A stretch of 64,000 nucleotides of DNA from a virus. The notes beneath the pieces are model-generated. The model did not search any database. It was not told the origin of the DNA and was given only the letters and a program-made list of their open reading frames with translations. Below, piece by piece: positions 37,306 to 46,480 of the stretch. The position numbers were made by a program, and so were the translations under genes. The stretch's first letter is position 1; every line of letters begins with the position of its first letter. The DNA lies in the IMG/VR virus record IMGVR_UViG_3300045988_119411; one strand, given 5' to 3'.

Positions 37306-40137
37306 ATGTTATATCAGCCGACAAATATCTATCCGAGCATGACCGGCAGCCTTGGAAACGGGGTCGTGGATGCGACGGAACCCCTGACCGTCAGCTTTCA
37401 GGTAAACGGTAACTCGGCGCTGCAAGCGTTTCAAATCACGATTTATCGCAACGACTCTGCCTCGACACAGCTTTACACGACGGGAAAACTGACGCAGGGC
37501 TGCCCATTTTATGGCGTGGACTATGCGGGAAACATTCAATTTTTCAGCTACACCATCCCGGCTGCGACGCTCTCGGCCAACGGGATCACAAACGGCGGAG
37601 AATACAAGCTCATCATCAAACAGTGGTGGAACAGCTCAGATTCTGTGACGCAGACGAGCGCGAGCGCGTTTATTACGCGCTCGGGCCCGACGCTGACGCT
37701 GGGAACGGTCCCGAATCCGCTGGAAGTGCGGGAATACACGTTTTCGGCCAGCTACGCACAGGCACAGGGAGACAACCTGAACTGGGTGCGATGGGAGATC
37801 GCATTGGTGGACGATGGGGAATACCGCGTGCTGAAGGACACGGGCCGCATTTACGGCACGGCACAGCTCCAATTCGGATACGACGGCATGTTTTCTGGCA
37901 GCACCTATGCCATCCGCTGCATCGTGCAGACGGAAAACGGCGTGGAAGCTGACACGGGATGGCGGAGCTTCGCGGTGCAGTATGAGATGGAATCGGTGAG
38001 CGGAACGCTGACAGCCTGCCAGAGCCGGAGAGCCAATGGCGTTCGGCTGACCTTCCCGCAGGTGAAGAACATTCCGGCGACGATCACTGGAAACTACACC
38101 ATGAGCGACAGCTATCTGAATCTTGCCAGTGGAGCAAAGGCTGTCTGGAACGAGGTCAACGACGAGGCGATGCAGTTTTTGCCGCCGTTTGACATTGTGT
38201 GGCGCGGAAAGAACACGGCAGTTGGGACAACGCTGAAGGTTTTTGGAAAAGTTCTCAGCCGGTCGGCTTCGACGATGCTGCCGAGTGAATCTTGTTGGGA
38301 CTCCGTTTGCTACGGAAATGGGACGTGGGTCGCCGTTTCGAGCAGCGGGAAGATTGCTTATTCCACAGACAACGGGACGACATGGAACACGGCTACGAGC
38401 CCGTCCAGCGATGGATGGTTTTCTGTTTGCTATGGCGGGGGACGATTTGTTGCTGTGGCGTGCGCGAGCAGTGCAGCGGCATATTCCACGGACGGAAAGA
38501 ACTGGACACTGGCGGCGCTGCCGGCCTTTGGCTATTGGAACAGTGTGGCCTACGGAAATGGACGGTTCGTGGCGATCGCCACAGGGACGCAGAGCGCGTG
38601 GTCGGAAGACGGCGAGACATGGACGGCGGTGGAGATGCCAGCGGAACTCGGATGGTATTCTGTTTGCTTCGGTGCCGGGAGATTTATTGCAGTTGCCAAC
38701 AGCAGCGCAAGCTTTGCATCTTCCACGGATGGAACGGACTGGGTGCTCGGAGATCTGCCGGAGATGGGTTGCTGGAACTGCGTGACGTTTGGAACCGGTA
38801 AATTCATCGCAGTGCAGACCGGCGCAACTTGCGCATACAGCTCCGATGGACTGAACTGGATCTCCCGCGCGATGCCGGCAGATCAAGACTGGATCAGCGT
38901 AGCCTACGGGGATGGAAAATTCATGGCTGTAGCTTCGGAAAGTGCTGTTTCAGCGGAATCGACAGATGGTGCGAGCTGGACCGCGGAGTCGTTGACTGTG
39001 GCTGATTTCTGGGAATGCGTCTGTTACGGTGAAGACCGATTCTTCGTTGTGGCAGACAGCGGAGACCGGGCCGTCTATGTGACAGGCGAGACCACGGAGC
39101 TTGACGATGTGCTGCAAGTGGACATTTCTTCTGCGAAGGTGATGACCATTACGGCGCATGGGTCCATTCAGGCGACGCAGGACTTACCGACTGGGGCAGA
39201 CCTGACGCTTTTCTTCGGAAAGAACACGATGTATTGGAGCGCCGGGTCAAGCGGAAGCACGCCGCTTTCCATGGAATGGACGCAAATCAATGGATTTGAG
39301 TTGAATGGCGTGCAATCCTGTGACTATCTGTTTTTGAGCAATGGGAATCTGACGGATGCGGTCCGGAACCGGCTGCTGGCGGATATGACCTACCATCCGA
39401 CGGATCAATCCGCGCTTTTCTTTGCGGACTTCAACGGATCGACCAACGCCGGCGGCATCGGAGACACGAAATTCTCTGCCTTTGCCATCTACCGCTATTC
39501 TCCGGGAGATGCGACGCTGACGCACGTGGTGAACACGACGGCAGACAGCGGCAATGTCATCATTGACAGCGGCGCGGTGGTCGGGAAAGAGTACGTCTAC
39601 TACGCCTTCGGCATGGGCGCGAGCACGTATGTTTCGGCGGCGCTGATCTCGAACTCGATCACGCTCTGCTTCTGGGACTGGGCCCTGCTGTCCTGCACGG
39701 TGGACAGCGATGGGGTCTACCATCCGCAGGAAATTTTCCTGTTTGGAAAGAACCTTGTGAGCGGCAGTGTGTCCAACAACAACACGCCGCAGGTGCTGCA
39801 GAATTTCACCCGGTATCCGACGGTGCAGCCGGCACCATGGAATTATCGGAGCGGCGCGCTGCAAAGTTTGATCGGGACGATCTCGGACGGTGTTTATTCC
39901 GACACCCGCGCAACACGCGATGCGATCCGTGCGCTCGGAACGACACAGAACACACTTTTCCTCAAAAACCGGAAGGGCGACCTGATGAAGATCCGGACGA
40001 ACGGCGCCGTAGAGATGGAGACGATGGACAATGCGGCCTGTCAGGCGCAGACGATGACTCTGCCGTGGGTGGAGATCGGGAGCGCGGATGACGCGCAGAT
40101 CGTTGTGATGAACAGCGACGGTGCGTGGCCGTATTAA
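37306..40137 (+). CDS. Tail-tip structural protein with an embedded Asp-box (BNR-like) beta-propeller
   Basis: 943 aa directly after the TMP. Six to seven repeats W.SV.YG.G.FVAV with S.D.G..W. Confidence 0.65.
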   Translation: MLYQPTNIYPSMTGSLGNGVVDATEPLTVSFQVNGNSALQAFQITIYRNDSASTQLYTTGKLTQGCPFYGVDYAGNIQFFSYTIPAATLSANGITNGGEYKLIIKQWWNSSDSVTQTSASAFITRSGPTLTLGTVPNPLEVREYTFSASYAQAQGDNLNWVRWEIALVDDGEYRVLKDTGRIYGTAQLQFGYDGMFSGSTYAIRCIVQTENGVEADTGWRSFAVQYEMESVSGTLTACQSRRANGVRLTFPQVKNIPATITGNYTMSDSYLNLASGAKAVWNEVNDEAMQFLPPFDIVWRGKNTAVGTTLKVFGKVLSRSASTMLPSESCWDSVCYGNGTWVAVSSSGKIAYSTDNGTTWNTATSPSSDGWFSVCYGGGRFVAVACASSAAAYSTDGKNWTLAALPAFGYWNSVAYGNGRFVAIATGTQSAWSEDGETWTAVEMPAELGWYSVCFGAGRFIAVANSSASFASSTDGTDWVLGDLPEMGCWNCVTFGTGKFIAVQTGATCAYSSDGLNWISRAMPADQDWISVAYGDGKFMAVASESAVSAESTDGASWTAESLTVADFWECVCYGEDRFFVVADSGDRAVYVTGETTELDDVLQVDISSAKVMTITAHGSIQATQDLPTGADLTLFFGKNTMYWSAGSSGSTPLSMEWTQINGFELNGVQSCDYLFLSNGNLTDAVRNRLLADMTYHPTDQSALFFADFNGSTNAGGIGDTKFSAFAIYRYSPGDATLTHVVNTTADSGNVIIDSGAVVGKEYVYYAFGMGASTYVSAALISNSITLCFWDWALLSCTVDSDGVYHPQEIFLFGKNLVSGSVSNNNTPQVLQNFTRYPTVQPAPWNYRSGALQSLIGTISDGVYSDTRATRDAIRALGTTQNTLFLKNRKGDLMKIRTNGAVEMETMDNAACQAQTMTLPWVEIGSADDAQIVVMNSDGAWPY

Positions 40138-40150
40138 AGGAGGTTCGGAT

Positions 40151-41416
40151 ATGTCACTTTTGACGCATGCGGAGCAGATGAACGATTACCTACGGCAGCT
40201 GCGAACGCCGTTTACAAAGCTGTGCCGGCTGCGCTTTTTGCAGCCGGACGGCTCGACGGCCTTCGCGCTCGACAACAACCCCGGAAACCGGAGAAGCGGC
40301 GCCTTTTTGCAGGATGGCACGATCTCAGGAAATTTGCAGAATGGGCAGCGGCGAACGGCAAACGTGATGCTGGCGAATCTGGATTCGGAGTACGACTACA
40401 ACGTCAACAACGTGTGGTTTGGACAGCAGATCGCCATTGACGAGGGCTTGATTTTGTCTGACGGCTCTGACTTTTACATCCCGCAGGGCGTTTTTTACAT
40501 CGCGGAGCCGCAGGAAACACTCTATCCAAACGCTCGGACGATGGAATATCCGTTGGTAGACAAGTGGTCCTATCTGGATGGCTCACTGTTTGGCCGGTTG
40601 GAGTCCACCTACGAAGTGCCGGTGAACACGAATATTTTTACGCCAATTACGGCGCTGCTGGCGCTCGACCGGGGCAACGGATACCCTGTGGACAATGTGA
40701 CGCCGATTTTCACGGAATATTACAACGGCAAGACACAGACGCTTCCGAATGGGAGCACCGTGAGTCTCGTTCTTTCTCCGTACACCCTGCGCGTCGACAG
40801 TGACGAGGGAACCTATGCGGATGTTGTGCTTGGGCTGGCGGAGATGGTAAACAGTTGGGTTGGCTATGACTCAAATGGAGCGCTCAGAATCGACCCGTCC
40901 CAGGATGACATTCTTGACACGACGAAGCCGGTTCTGTGGCAGTTTTCCACAGATGAGGCGGAGCTGCTGGGCGCGACGTATGTGGTGAAGAACACAGAGG
41001 TCTACAACGACTACATTGTGATCGGTGAGCAGACATCCGACTATGCACAGGCGGCCGGCAGGGCCCAAAATCTCGACCCAAGCTCGGACACGAATGTCTA
41101 TGCAATCGGGAAGAAGACCTTCCGCACGACGGCGGCCGGATATTACACGAAGAAGCAGTGTGAAGATCTGGCAGCGTGGAAACTGAAACGGTCGACCGTA
41201 CTGCAGAAGGCTGTGACGATCTCCTGCAAGCAGATGATGCATATTTTTGAAAATAACCTCGTTTCAATCTGCAGGAGCGATAAACCCGGCGCGCCGGTGG
41301 AGCGGCATCTGATCCAAGGCTATTCCCGGCCGCTGACGAGCACTGGTAACATGACGATCTCGGCGACATCGGTCAACGACCTGCCGATTGCAACGATTAC
41401 AGGATGGCCGGCATGA
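40151..41416 (+). CDS. Tail-tip / baseplate-hub-like protein (siphovirus Gp37-like)
   Basis: ATG after AAAGGAGG. 421 aa following the distal tail protein. Confidence 0.5.
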   Translation: MSLLTHAEQMNDYLRQLRTPFTKLCRLRFLQPDGSTAFALDNNPGNRRSGAFLQDGTISGNLQNGQRRTANVMLANLDSEYDYNVNNVWFGQQIAIDEGLILSDGSDFYIPQGVFYIAEPQETLYPNARTMEYPLVDKWSYLDGSLFGRLESTYEVPVNTNIFTPITALLALDRGNGYPVDNVTPIFTEYYNGKTQTLPNGSTVSLVLSPYTLRVDSDEGTYADVVLGLAEMVNSWVGYDSNGALRIDPSQDDILDTTKPVLWQFSTDEAELLGATYVVKNTEVYNDYIVIGEQTSDYAQAAGRAQNLDPSSDTNVYAIGKKTFRTTAAGYYTKKQCEDLAAWKLKRSTVLQKAVTISCKQMMHIFENNLVSICRSDKPGAPVERHLIQGYSRPLTSTGNMTISATSVNDLPIATITGWPA

Positions 41417-41432
41417 GGAAGGTGGTGAGAGG

Positions 41433-41615
41433 ATGGCGAAAAAGAAGGCTCCTGAAACGCGAGGAAAAGTTTTGAAGCTACGAGACGGCAGAAAAATTCC
41501 GGTAGTTCGGGAAGATGGACGGTATTGGTACTGCGGGAAGACACGCTTTTTGAAGACGAATCAGGATGTTTTGGATGTGCTGGATGTGAAGAAAGGAGAG
41601 CATGACGATGCGTAA
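41433..41615 (+). CDS. Small basic protein (60 aa)
   Basis: MAKKKAPETRGKVLKLRDGRKIPVVREDGRYWYCGK... Confidence 0.4.
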   Translation: MAKKKAPETRGKVLKLRDGRKIPVVREDGRYWYCGKTRFLKTNQDVLDVLDVKKGEHDDA

Positions 41616-41763
41616 ACTGTGGAGCTGCCCGAAGTTTCAGACGACAGAGGAAACCATGGTGTTTGGCGTGAGCGCGTGCATCCAGTTTTGCAGCCATAAA
41701 TGGGTCCCTCCCCCTTGAGGCCCGGATGCGGGCCAAATACAGATAGATTGATAGGAGAATGAA

Positions 41764-42057
41764 ATGGAAGCATTCAAAAACATTGTGACGGTGTGCGGCG
41801 GAGTGACCACGATCGGTGCGATTTTGATGGTTTTTGCAAATCTGTTTTTGTGGATGAAGAACCTGAGAGAGGGGCTGAAATGCCAGCTTCGGTCGGACAT
41901 GCTGCACACCTACTATAAGCACAAGGACGAGAAGAAGATCCGGCAGTATGAGATCGAGAATTTTATCTATTCCTACAAGGCGTACAAGGCACTGAAAGGG
42001 AATAGTTTTATTGACCAGATCCATGAGGAAGTGAGCGAATGGGAGGTTGTGACCTGA
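41764..42057 (+). CDS. Single-pass membrane protein (lysis-module accessory)
   Basis: TM segment VTVCGGVTTIGAILMVFANLFLW. Confidence 0.5.
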   Translation: MEAFKNIVTVCGGVTTIGAILMVFANLFLWMKNLREGLKCQLRSDMLHTYYKHKDEKKIRQYEIENFIYSYKAYKALKGNSFIDQIHEEVSEWEVVT

Positions 42058-42350
42058 TGAAATCTGTGGAGAAGCTGTGCCGATTGGACTGCAGCAAGAA
42101 AATCCTGATTTTCTCATATTTCGTGCTGGCGGTTTTGATTGTGATCCATCTGACCGTCGCAGACACGGCCTCTTTCGCGACCATCGTTTGCGCGTGGATC
42201 GTGGAGTGCGGTGCGGCGACCGGATTTTATTTTTGGAAGGCCAAGAATGAGAACCGGTCGAAGTATGCGCTGAAGTTCATCCGGGAATTGGCTGACAAAT
42301 ACGGGATAGAATCCGTGGCGCGTGTTTTGGAAACTGTTTTGAAGGACTAA
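42057..42350 (+). CDS. Holin-like protein with two TM segments
   Basis: ILIFSYFVLAVLIVIHL and ATIVCAWIVECGAATGFYFW, then KAKNENRSKY. The stop and start codons share 1 nt (TGATG) with the upstream ORF. Confidence 0.6.
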   Translation: MKSVEKLCRLDCSKKILIFSYFVLAVLIVIHLTVADTASFATIVCAWIVECGAATGFYFWKAKNENRSKYALKFIRELADKYGIESVARVLETVLKD

Positions 42351-42367
42351 GAAAGGCGGAAAATGCT

Positions 42368-42592
42368 ATGAACAAATGGTGGGAAACTCTGATTGCGAAT
42401 CTTTTCAAGGTAAAGTCTCTGGTGACGATCATGCTGACGGCGGCATTTATTGCGATGTCGCTTCAGGGGAACGTGGAGCCGAAGGATTTTTACTCGATCA
42501 TCGTAATGGTGCTGACGTTCTACTTCGGCTACCAGAGCGCGAAGAGTGAGGATGGAATCGGTGGAAAGGATGATGGCGATGGTTCCAATTAA
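42368..42592 (+). CDS. Holin-like small membrane protein
   Basis: 74 aa, two hydrophobic segments, charged C-terminus. Directly upstream of the endolysin. Confidence 0.6.
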   Translation: MNKWWETLIANLFKVKSLVTIMLTAAFIAMSLQGNVEPKDFYSIIVMVLTFYFGYQSAKSEDGIGGKDDGDGSN

Positions 42593-43241
42593 AAAGATTC
42601 TGGCGCACCGGGCCAACTATGGAACGAAGCGTGCCGGGGCCGTCGAGTGGATCGTGATGCACTACACGGCCAACGACGGCGACTCCGGAGCTTCCAACGG
42701 AAAGTATTTTCAGCAGGCATTGAATCCGGTGGCAAGCGCACATTATTTCGTCGATGACAAGTCCATTACGATCTCCGTGCCGGAGGATTATGTGGCGTAT
42801 CACTGCGGGGCCGACAAGTACCGACATCCTTTCTGCCGGAACTACAATTCCATCGGGATTGAGATGTGCGACACGAAGCGGGATGGGCGCGTGATGGCGA
42901 CGGACAGAACGATTGCCAATGCTGCTGATCTGGCTGCGATGCTCTGCGAGCGATACGGCCTACCGGTGAGCCATATCATCCGGCACTACGACGTGACCGG
43001 GAAGCTCTGCCCCAAGTATTGGGTGGACGATCCGCTGGGGATCGTAAAATTCCGTGAGATGGTAAAGGAGAGAGTTGAAATGGTAACGAAAGCGAAGATG
43101 ATCGTCGATGGACGAGAAATCGAAGTGGAGCGGATCTTGAAGAACGGGACGAACTACATTAAGATCCGTGACATTGCGACGGCGCTCGATTTGAAGGTGA
43201 GCAATAAGGGTAATATCCCGGTGCTCGAATCGAAGAAGTGA
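42570..43241 (+). CDS. Endolysin: N-acetylmuramoyl-L-alanine amidase (Amidase_2) with a C-terminal wall-binding domain; start 42570-42579
   Basis: VMHYTAN, AHYFVDD, HCGA and NSIGIEMC motifs. C-terminal NGTNYIKIRDIATALDLKV (copper-amine-oxidase-N-like). Confidence 0.85.
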   Translation: MMAMVPIKKILAHRANYGTKRAGAVEWIVMHYTANDGDSGASNGKYFQQALNPVASAHYFVDDKSITISVPEDYVAYHCGADKYRHPFCRNYNSIGIEMCDTKRDGRVMATDRTIANAADLAAMLCERYGLPVSHIIRHYDVTGKLCPKYWVDDPLGIVKFREMVKERVEMVTKAKMIVDGREIEVERILKNGTNYIKIRDIATALDLKVSNKGNIPVLESKK

Positions 43242-43247
43242 AAGAAA

Positions 43248-43280
43248 CTCCGGGAGGGTAGAACCTCCCGGAGCTTTTTT
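43248..43280. terminator. Bidirectional rho-independent terminator at the convergence of the two arms
   Basis: CTCCGGGAGG-GTAGAA-CCTCCCGGAG with CTTTTTT on plus and TTTCTTT on minus. Confidence 0.85.
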
Positions 43281-43554
43281 ACGGTTTTCCATAGAATACC
43301 GATTCGCTCAGGTTGATGTGCTCAATCTTTGCTCTCAGGTTCAGAATTCTAAGGTATCTAAGCATGGATTCCGCCTGACATTCCAGTATGTGGACGGAGC
43401 AGGTTGGTGTGAAGGTGAGCGTGTCGGCACGATATTTTTCAATCATGCGAGTCAGGCTTTCGAGGCGAATCCGGAGCTGCCAATATTCGGCGGCGAAACG
43501 CTCTTTGTAGTCCTCACTGCACATCAAGAAGGCCGTGTTTTGTAAGTCTGTCAT
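43279..43554 (-). CDS. Hypothetical protein, recalled as similar to the crAss001_48-related family
   Basis: ATG 43554 after AGGTGGTGAG. EYWQLRIRLESLTRMIEKY...CSVHILECQAESMLRYLRIL. Confidence 0.5.
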   Translation of the reverse strand: MTDLQNTAFLMCSEDYKERFAAEYWQLRIRLESLTRMIEKYRADTLTFTPTCSVHILECQAESMLRYLRILNLRAKIEHINLSESVFYGKP

Positions 43555-43838
43555 GGTTGTCTCACCACCTTTAAGCTGGCATATAGAATCCCATCGCGTT
43601 CTTCCCATCTGATAAAATTTCTGTCGTTGAGTTGCTGGACAAACTCACTGACAATATATCCACGAGCAAATTCGTCGATATGCAGGCATTTTGCGGTATT
43701 CATATCATAATCAACGTTGATTGTTTCAACCGGCCGAGTTACCTGCACCAAAAGATTTGCATACTCTTTGCAATGAACGCATGGCGCAACATATCCGCCC
43801 AGCTTTCGGATCAGCCATCGTTTGAATTTAGTCCACAT
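43551..43838 (-). CDS. Hypothetical protein
   Basis: 4-nt overlap with the downstream gene. Confidence 0.5.
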   Translation of the reverse strand: MWTKFKRWLIRKLGGYVAPCVHCKEYANLLVQVTRPVETINVDYDMNTAKCLHIDEFARGYIVSEFVQQLNDRNFIRWEERDGILYASLKVVRQP

Positions 43839-43840
43839 CT

Positions 43841-44107
43841 TTACTCCTTCCTACGGGCCCAGTTGCAGTATCCGTCATCACTTGCGTAGTCAACAAGACC
43901 GCTGCCAAGTGTTTCATGCACCATAGGGCAAAAAATTGTTCCGCGCTTGTCGCATTCCTTACAATGCACCACCAGAACCGCATCCACAGTTGGCTGCTCG
44001 TCAATCAATTCCGCCAGCCATTGCACGCCAGCATCGAACGTGTCTTCTCGCCCTTCCGTATCTGTGTAAGAAATGACCTCTAACTTGTCCGCGTCAATCA
44101 ACCTCAT
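43841..44107 (-). CDS. Small Cys-motif protein of the RLIDA-type family (paralogue 1)
   Basis: MRLIDADKLEV...VVHCKECDKRG. ATG 44107 after GGAGGAAGAAACC. Confidence 0.55.
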   Translation of the reverse strand: MRLIDADKLEVISYTDTEGREDTFDAGVQWLAELIDEQPTVDAVLVVHCKECDKRGTIFCPMVHETLGSGLVDYASDDGYCNWARRKE

Positions 44108-44411
44108 GGTTTCTTCCTCCATCCTGACGTTCCCCATAGGAGCAGAAATCGTGTCCGTTGGTATCAATATCGTGCTCGAAACAGTGTCCGTTCGGGCTGT
44201 CGATAAAACCGACGTTTCGCTTCCAGTTCTGGCAGTCCTTACAGCGCACGACGGGCTCGGCCTCGACAGTTGGGGTGTCGTCAAGCTGGCAGATGCAGTT
44301 GAAAATCGTCGAACCTTCTATGTTTTCTTGCTCGTCATCGCCGGAGTTCATCCCGGAGATCCAGCCCTCCAAAATGCGCTTGTAGGCATTCGCATCAATG
44401 AGACGCATCAT
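44094..44411 (-). CDS. Small Cys-motif protein of the RLIDA-type family (paralogue 2)
   Basis: MMRLIDANAYKRIL...VVRCKDCQNWK. Confidence 0.55.
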   Translation of the reverse strand: MMRLIDANAYKRILEGWISGMNSGDDEQENIEGSTIFNCICQLDDTPTVEAEPVVRCKDCQNWKRNVGFIDSPNGHCFEHDIDTNGHDFCSYGERQDGGRNHEVD

Positions 44412-44742
44412 CTATGCCTCCTTCCATGTTCGCACCACAATGCGGGCAGTATAACATACCTCTCATATCCAGTTTTGCAACCGTGCCCTTGTCTGTCTTA
44501 AAACTGAAGTCCGTGTGGCAACTTGCACACTCTGTGTACGGGTTTCCGACTGTAGTATAATGTACGATCCATTTTCCTTCCAACACCGGCGCAACTTTTT
44601 CGGCGGGAAGGGCAGCAATCTGGTTGGCAACCTCGTCGTATGCCGCGCACAATTTTCTATCCGTCTTGACAAAAGCAGCATGGCGCGCCATTTCCAGACA
44701 GCAAAGCGCATCCTCGCGCCGGATATATTCATTAAGCATCAT
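44395..44742 (-). CDS. Small Cys-motif protein (related architecture)
   Basis: YIRREDALCCLE...CASCHTDF...CPHCGANM. Start at 44742 or 44739. Confidence 0.5.
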   Translation of the reverse strand: MMLNEYIRREDALCCLEMARHAAFVKTDRKLCAAYDEVANQIAALPAEKVAPVLEGKWIVHYTTVGNPYTECASCHTDFSFKTDKGTVAKLDMRGMLYCPHCGANMEGGIDDASH

Positions 44743-44995
44743 ACGCCCTCCGGTTCCAAAACTCTGCGGTTTTCTCTTCGGTGTCGTAGATATACACGCC
44801 GCCGACAATGCCGCCGTCTACTTCATATCTCGCAATCGGGCAACTCGGGTTTTCTTCGTGGGCATGCCTGATCATAAATCCAACACCGCTATAAGGTTTC
44901 ATCGCATAGTCTTCATCGTGAAGATTTCCTTCATCGTCGCACAGGACGATTCTGGCTGTCCCGCCGCAAAAAGGATACGGCTTTAACTCAACCAT
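44732..44995 (-). CDS. Lar-family restriction alleviation protein
   Basis: MVELKPYPFCGG...TEEKTAEFWNRRA, the signature Lar N- and C-terminal motifs. Confidence 0.7.
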   Translation of the reverse strand: MVELKPYPFCGGTARIVLCDDEGNLHDEDYAMKPYSGVGFMIRHAHEENPSCPIARYEVDGGIVGGVYIYDTEEKTAEFWNRRAYDA

Positions 44996-45212
44996 CCCGT
45001 ACCTCCACATTTGCTTTTTCCAGCAGATCATCCAGGCAGCACTCGTCGCTGCACCCGATAAAATCCCCGTACTCGTCGTAGTACTGATAGGCCGTATACG
45101 GTCGGGCCTCGATCCCGGCATATTTTCGGAGCAAAGAGTGTCCGTATTCGATGCCAAACTCGCAGGCTTCTTCAAGCTCCTCCATCTGTTCCGCAGTTAT
45201 ATATTTAGCCAT
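44988..45212 (-). CDS. Hypothetical acidic protein
   Basis: 74-aa ORF overlapping the downstream gene by 8 nt. Confidence 0.5.
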   Translation of the reverse strand: MAKYITAEQMEELEEACEFGIEYGHSLLRKYAGIEARPYTAYQYYDEYGDFIGCSDECCLDDLLEKANVEVRDG

Positions 45213-45435
45213 CTTTCTTGCCCTCCATTTGCTCTATCAGATCGCACAGCGCATCCGTTACATCATTGCCATAGAGGAGTTCTTCGTAACCGCAGCCGTC
45301 ACCGCTGCTCAATTTCTCCACGTCTAACCCGTACCGTTCGAGCCAGAGGCCAACTTCGCGGTCAAGAGCACTTGCCTTACTGGCATATAGTGCAATTTTG
45401 TGCATCTTTTCTCTGATTTGTCTCGGAATCTTCAT
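45205..45435 (-). CDS. Hypothetical protein (start uncertain)
   Basis: ATG 45435 after GGAGGAGAAAG. Overlaps the HNH 3' end. Confidence 0.4.
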   Translation of the reverse strand: MKIPRQIREKMHKIALYASKASALDREVGLWLERYGLDVEKLSSGDGCGYEELLYGNDVTDALCDLIEQMEGKKDG

Positions 45436-45793
45436 CCTGCTCTTTCTCCTCCACTTCCTCAAAGTAGAACTTGATCGGTTTTACATTCTCAACGACATTC
45501 CCGTAAACCACACCGATCTTGTAAATGTAGTTCTCGCGGAGCTTGCGGGGGATCTCCGCGATATAGCGCCGGAAGGTTTCCAGCGAGTTCGCCCGCTTGT
45601 AGTGGTTGCACATCCTGCAGCTGGGCATGAGGTTTGAGAGATCACTGCTTCCAGCATCTCCGCCGTCCCACGCCCGCAGAGGCCGGAAGTGGTCTACCTG
45701 CATATCTCGGATGGCGATAGACCGACCGCAGTAGGCGCAGTGTCCATCATATTTCGCATAGACGGCTTCCCGCGTTTTCTTGCTGAAGCTCAT
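45377..45793 (-). CDS. HNH endonuclease
   Basis: CAYCGRSI...DHFRPL...NLMPSCRMCNHYK. Confidence 0.85.
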   Translation of the reverse strand: MSFSKKTREAVYAKYDGHCAYCGRSIAIRDMQVDHFRPLRAWDGGDAGSSDLSNLMPSCRMCNHYKRANSLETFRRYIAEIPRKLRENYIYKIGVVYGNVVENVKPIKFYFEEVEEKEQDEDSETNQRKDAQNCTICQ

Positions 45794-46197
45794 GCATTGC
45801 CCTCCATCGATTCCTGAACTTCTCTAAGATCGAGCAAGGCGACCTTCTTTCCGCTCGGTGTCGGCTGATTCTCTGCAAACGTTGTCAGATGAATGTTCCA
45901 GTGATCTGGCTTAAAAGCGACGCCGTTTCGCATGAGTTCAATGTCTGCATCGCCCCGGCAAGGAAGAACCACCACGCGGCCCTCTTTGTCGGCACACATC
46001 AGCTCCACCATGCGCTCGATGGAGTAGCCATACTCTGAAAGTTCCTCCTCGATTTCCGCAGCCTTTGCGGCTCCGGTCGGAGACAGACTCGAGTTTTCAT
46101 AGGCCGCAAGGCGATCCACGAAATCCGCTTGGTATTGTACGCCGCCAAAATCAAGCCGCCAGTGGCCGTCTTTGAAATACGTCAGTCTTTCCATCAT
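45790..46197 (-). CDS. Hypothetical protein
   Basis: 4-nt overlaps with both neighbours. Confidence 0.55.
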   Translation of the reverse strand: MMERLTYFKDGHWRLDFGGVQYQADFVDRLAAYENSSLSPTGAAKAAEIEEELSEYGYSIERMVELMCADKEGRVVVLPCRGDADIELMRNGVAFKPDHWNIHLTTFAENQPTPSGKKVALLDLREVQESMEGNA

Positions 46198-46460
46198 TCG
46201 GTCTCCTTTTTGATCCTGTGAAATCTCATCTCATCCAAATTCCAATCTGGTGGGTATCGATACATGTCTACGACCGGAATATCTTTTCGTTCACCATCCA
46301 CCATCATCCAGCCTTCGTGAATCTTGGTGTCTGGCGTGACCTCTGGCGGATTTTCCGGGTCGATAGCCACAATATACCACGCATTGATCGGCTCACCGGC
46401 CCAGACCGGCAGGCCGTCCATTTTCACAAGCTCCTGCAACGTCAATGGAGTGTTTTCCAT
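46194..46460 (-). CDS. Hypothetical protein
   Basis: 88-aa coupled ORF. Confidence 0.5.
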   Translation of the reverse strand: MENTPLTLQELVKMDGLPVWAGEPINAWYIVAIDPENPPEVTPDTKIHEGWMMVDGERKDIPVVDMYRYPPDWNLDEMRFHRIKKETE

Positions 46461-46480
46461 AGGAATGGTTCCTCCTTTGC

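Noticed and set aside
35296-38886. Minus-strand ORFs of 362 aa and 416 aa inside the tape measure and tail-tip genes
   Set aside because: They are shadow ORFs opposite genes with clear TMP and Asp-box repeat signatures.
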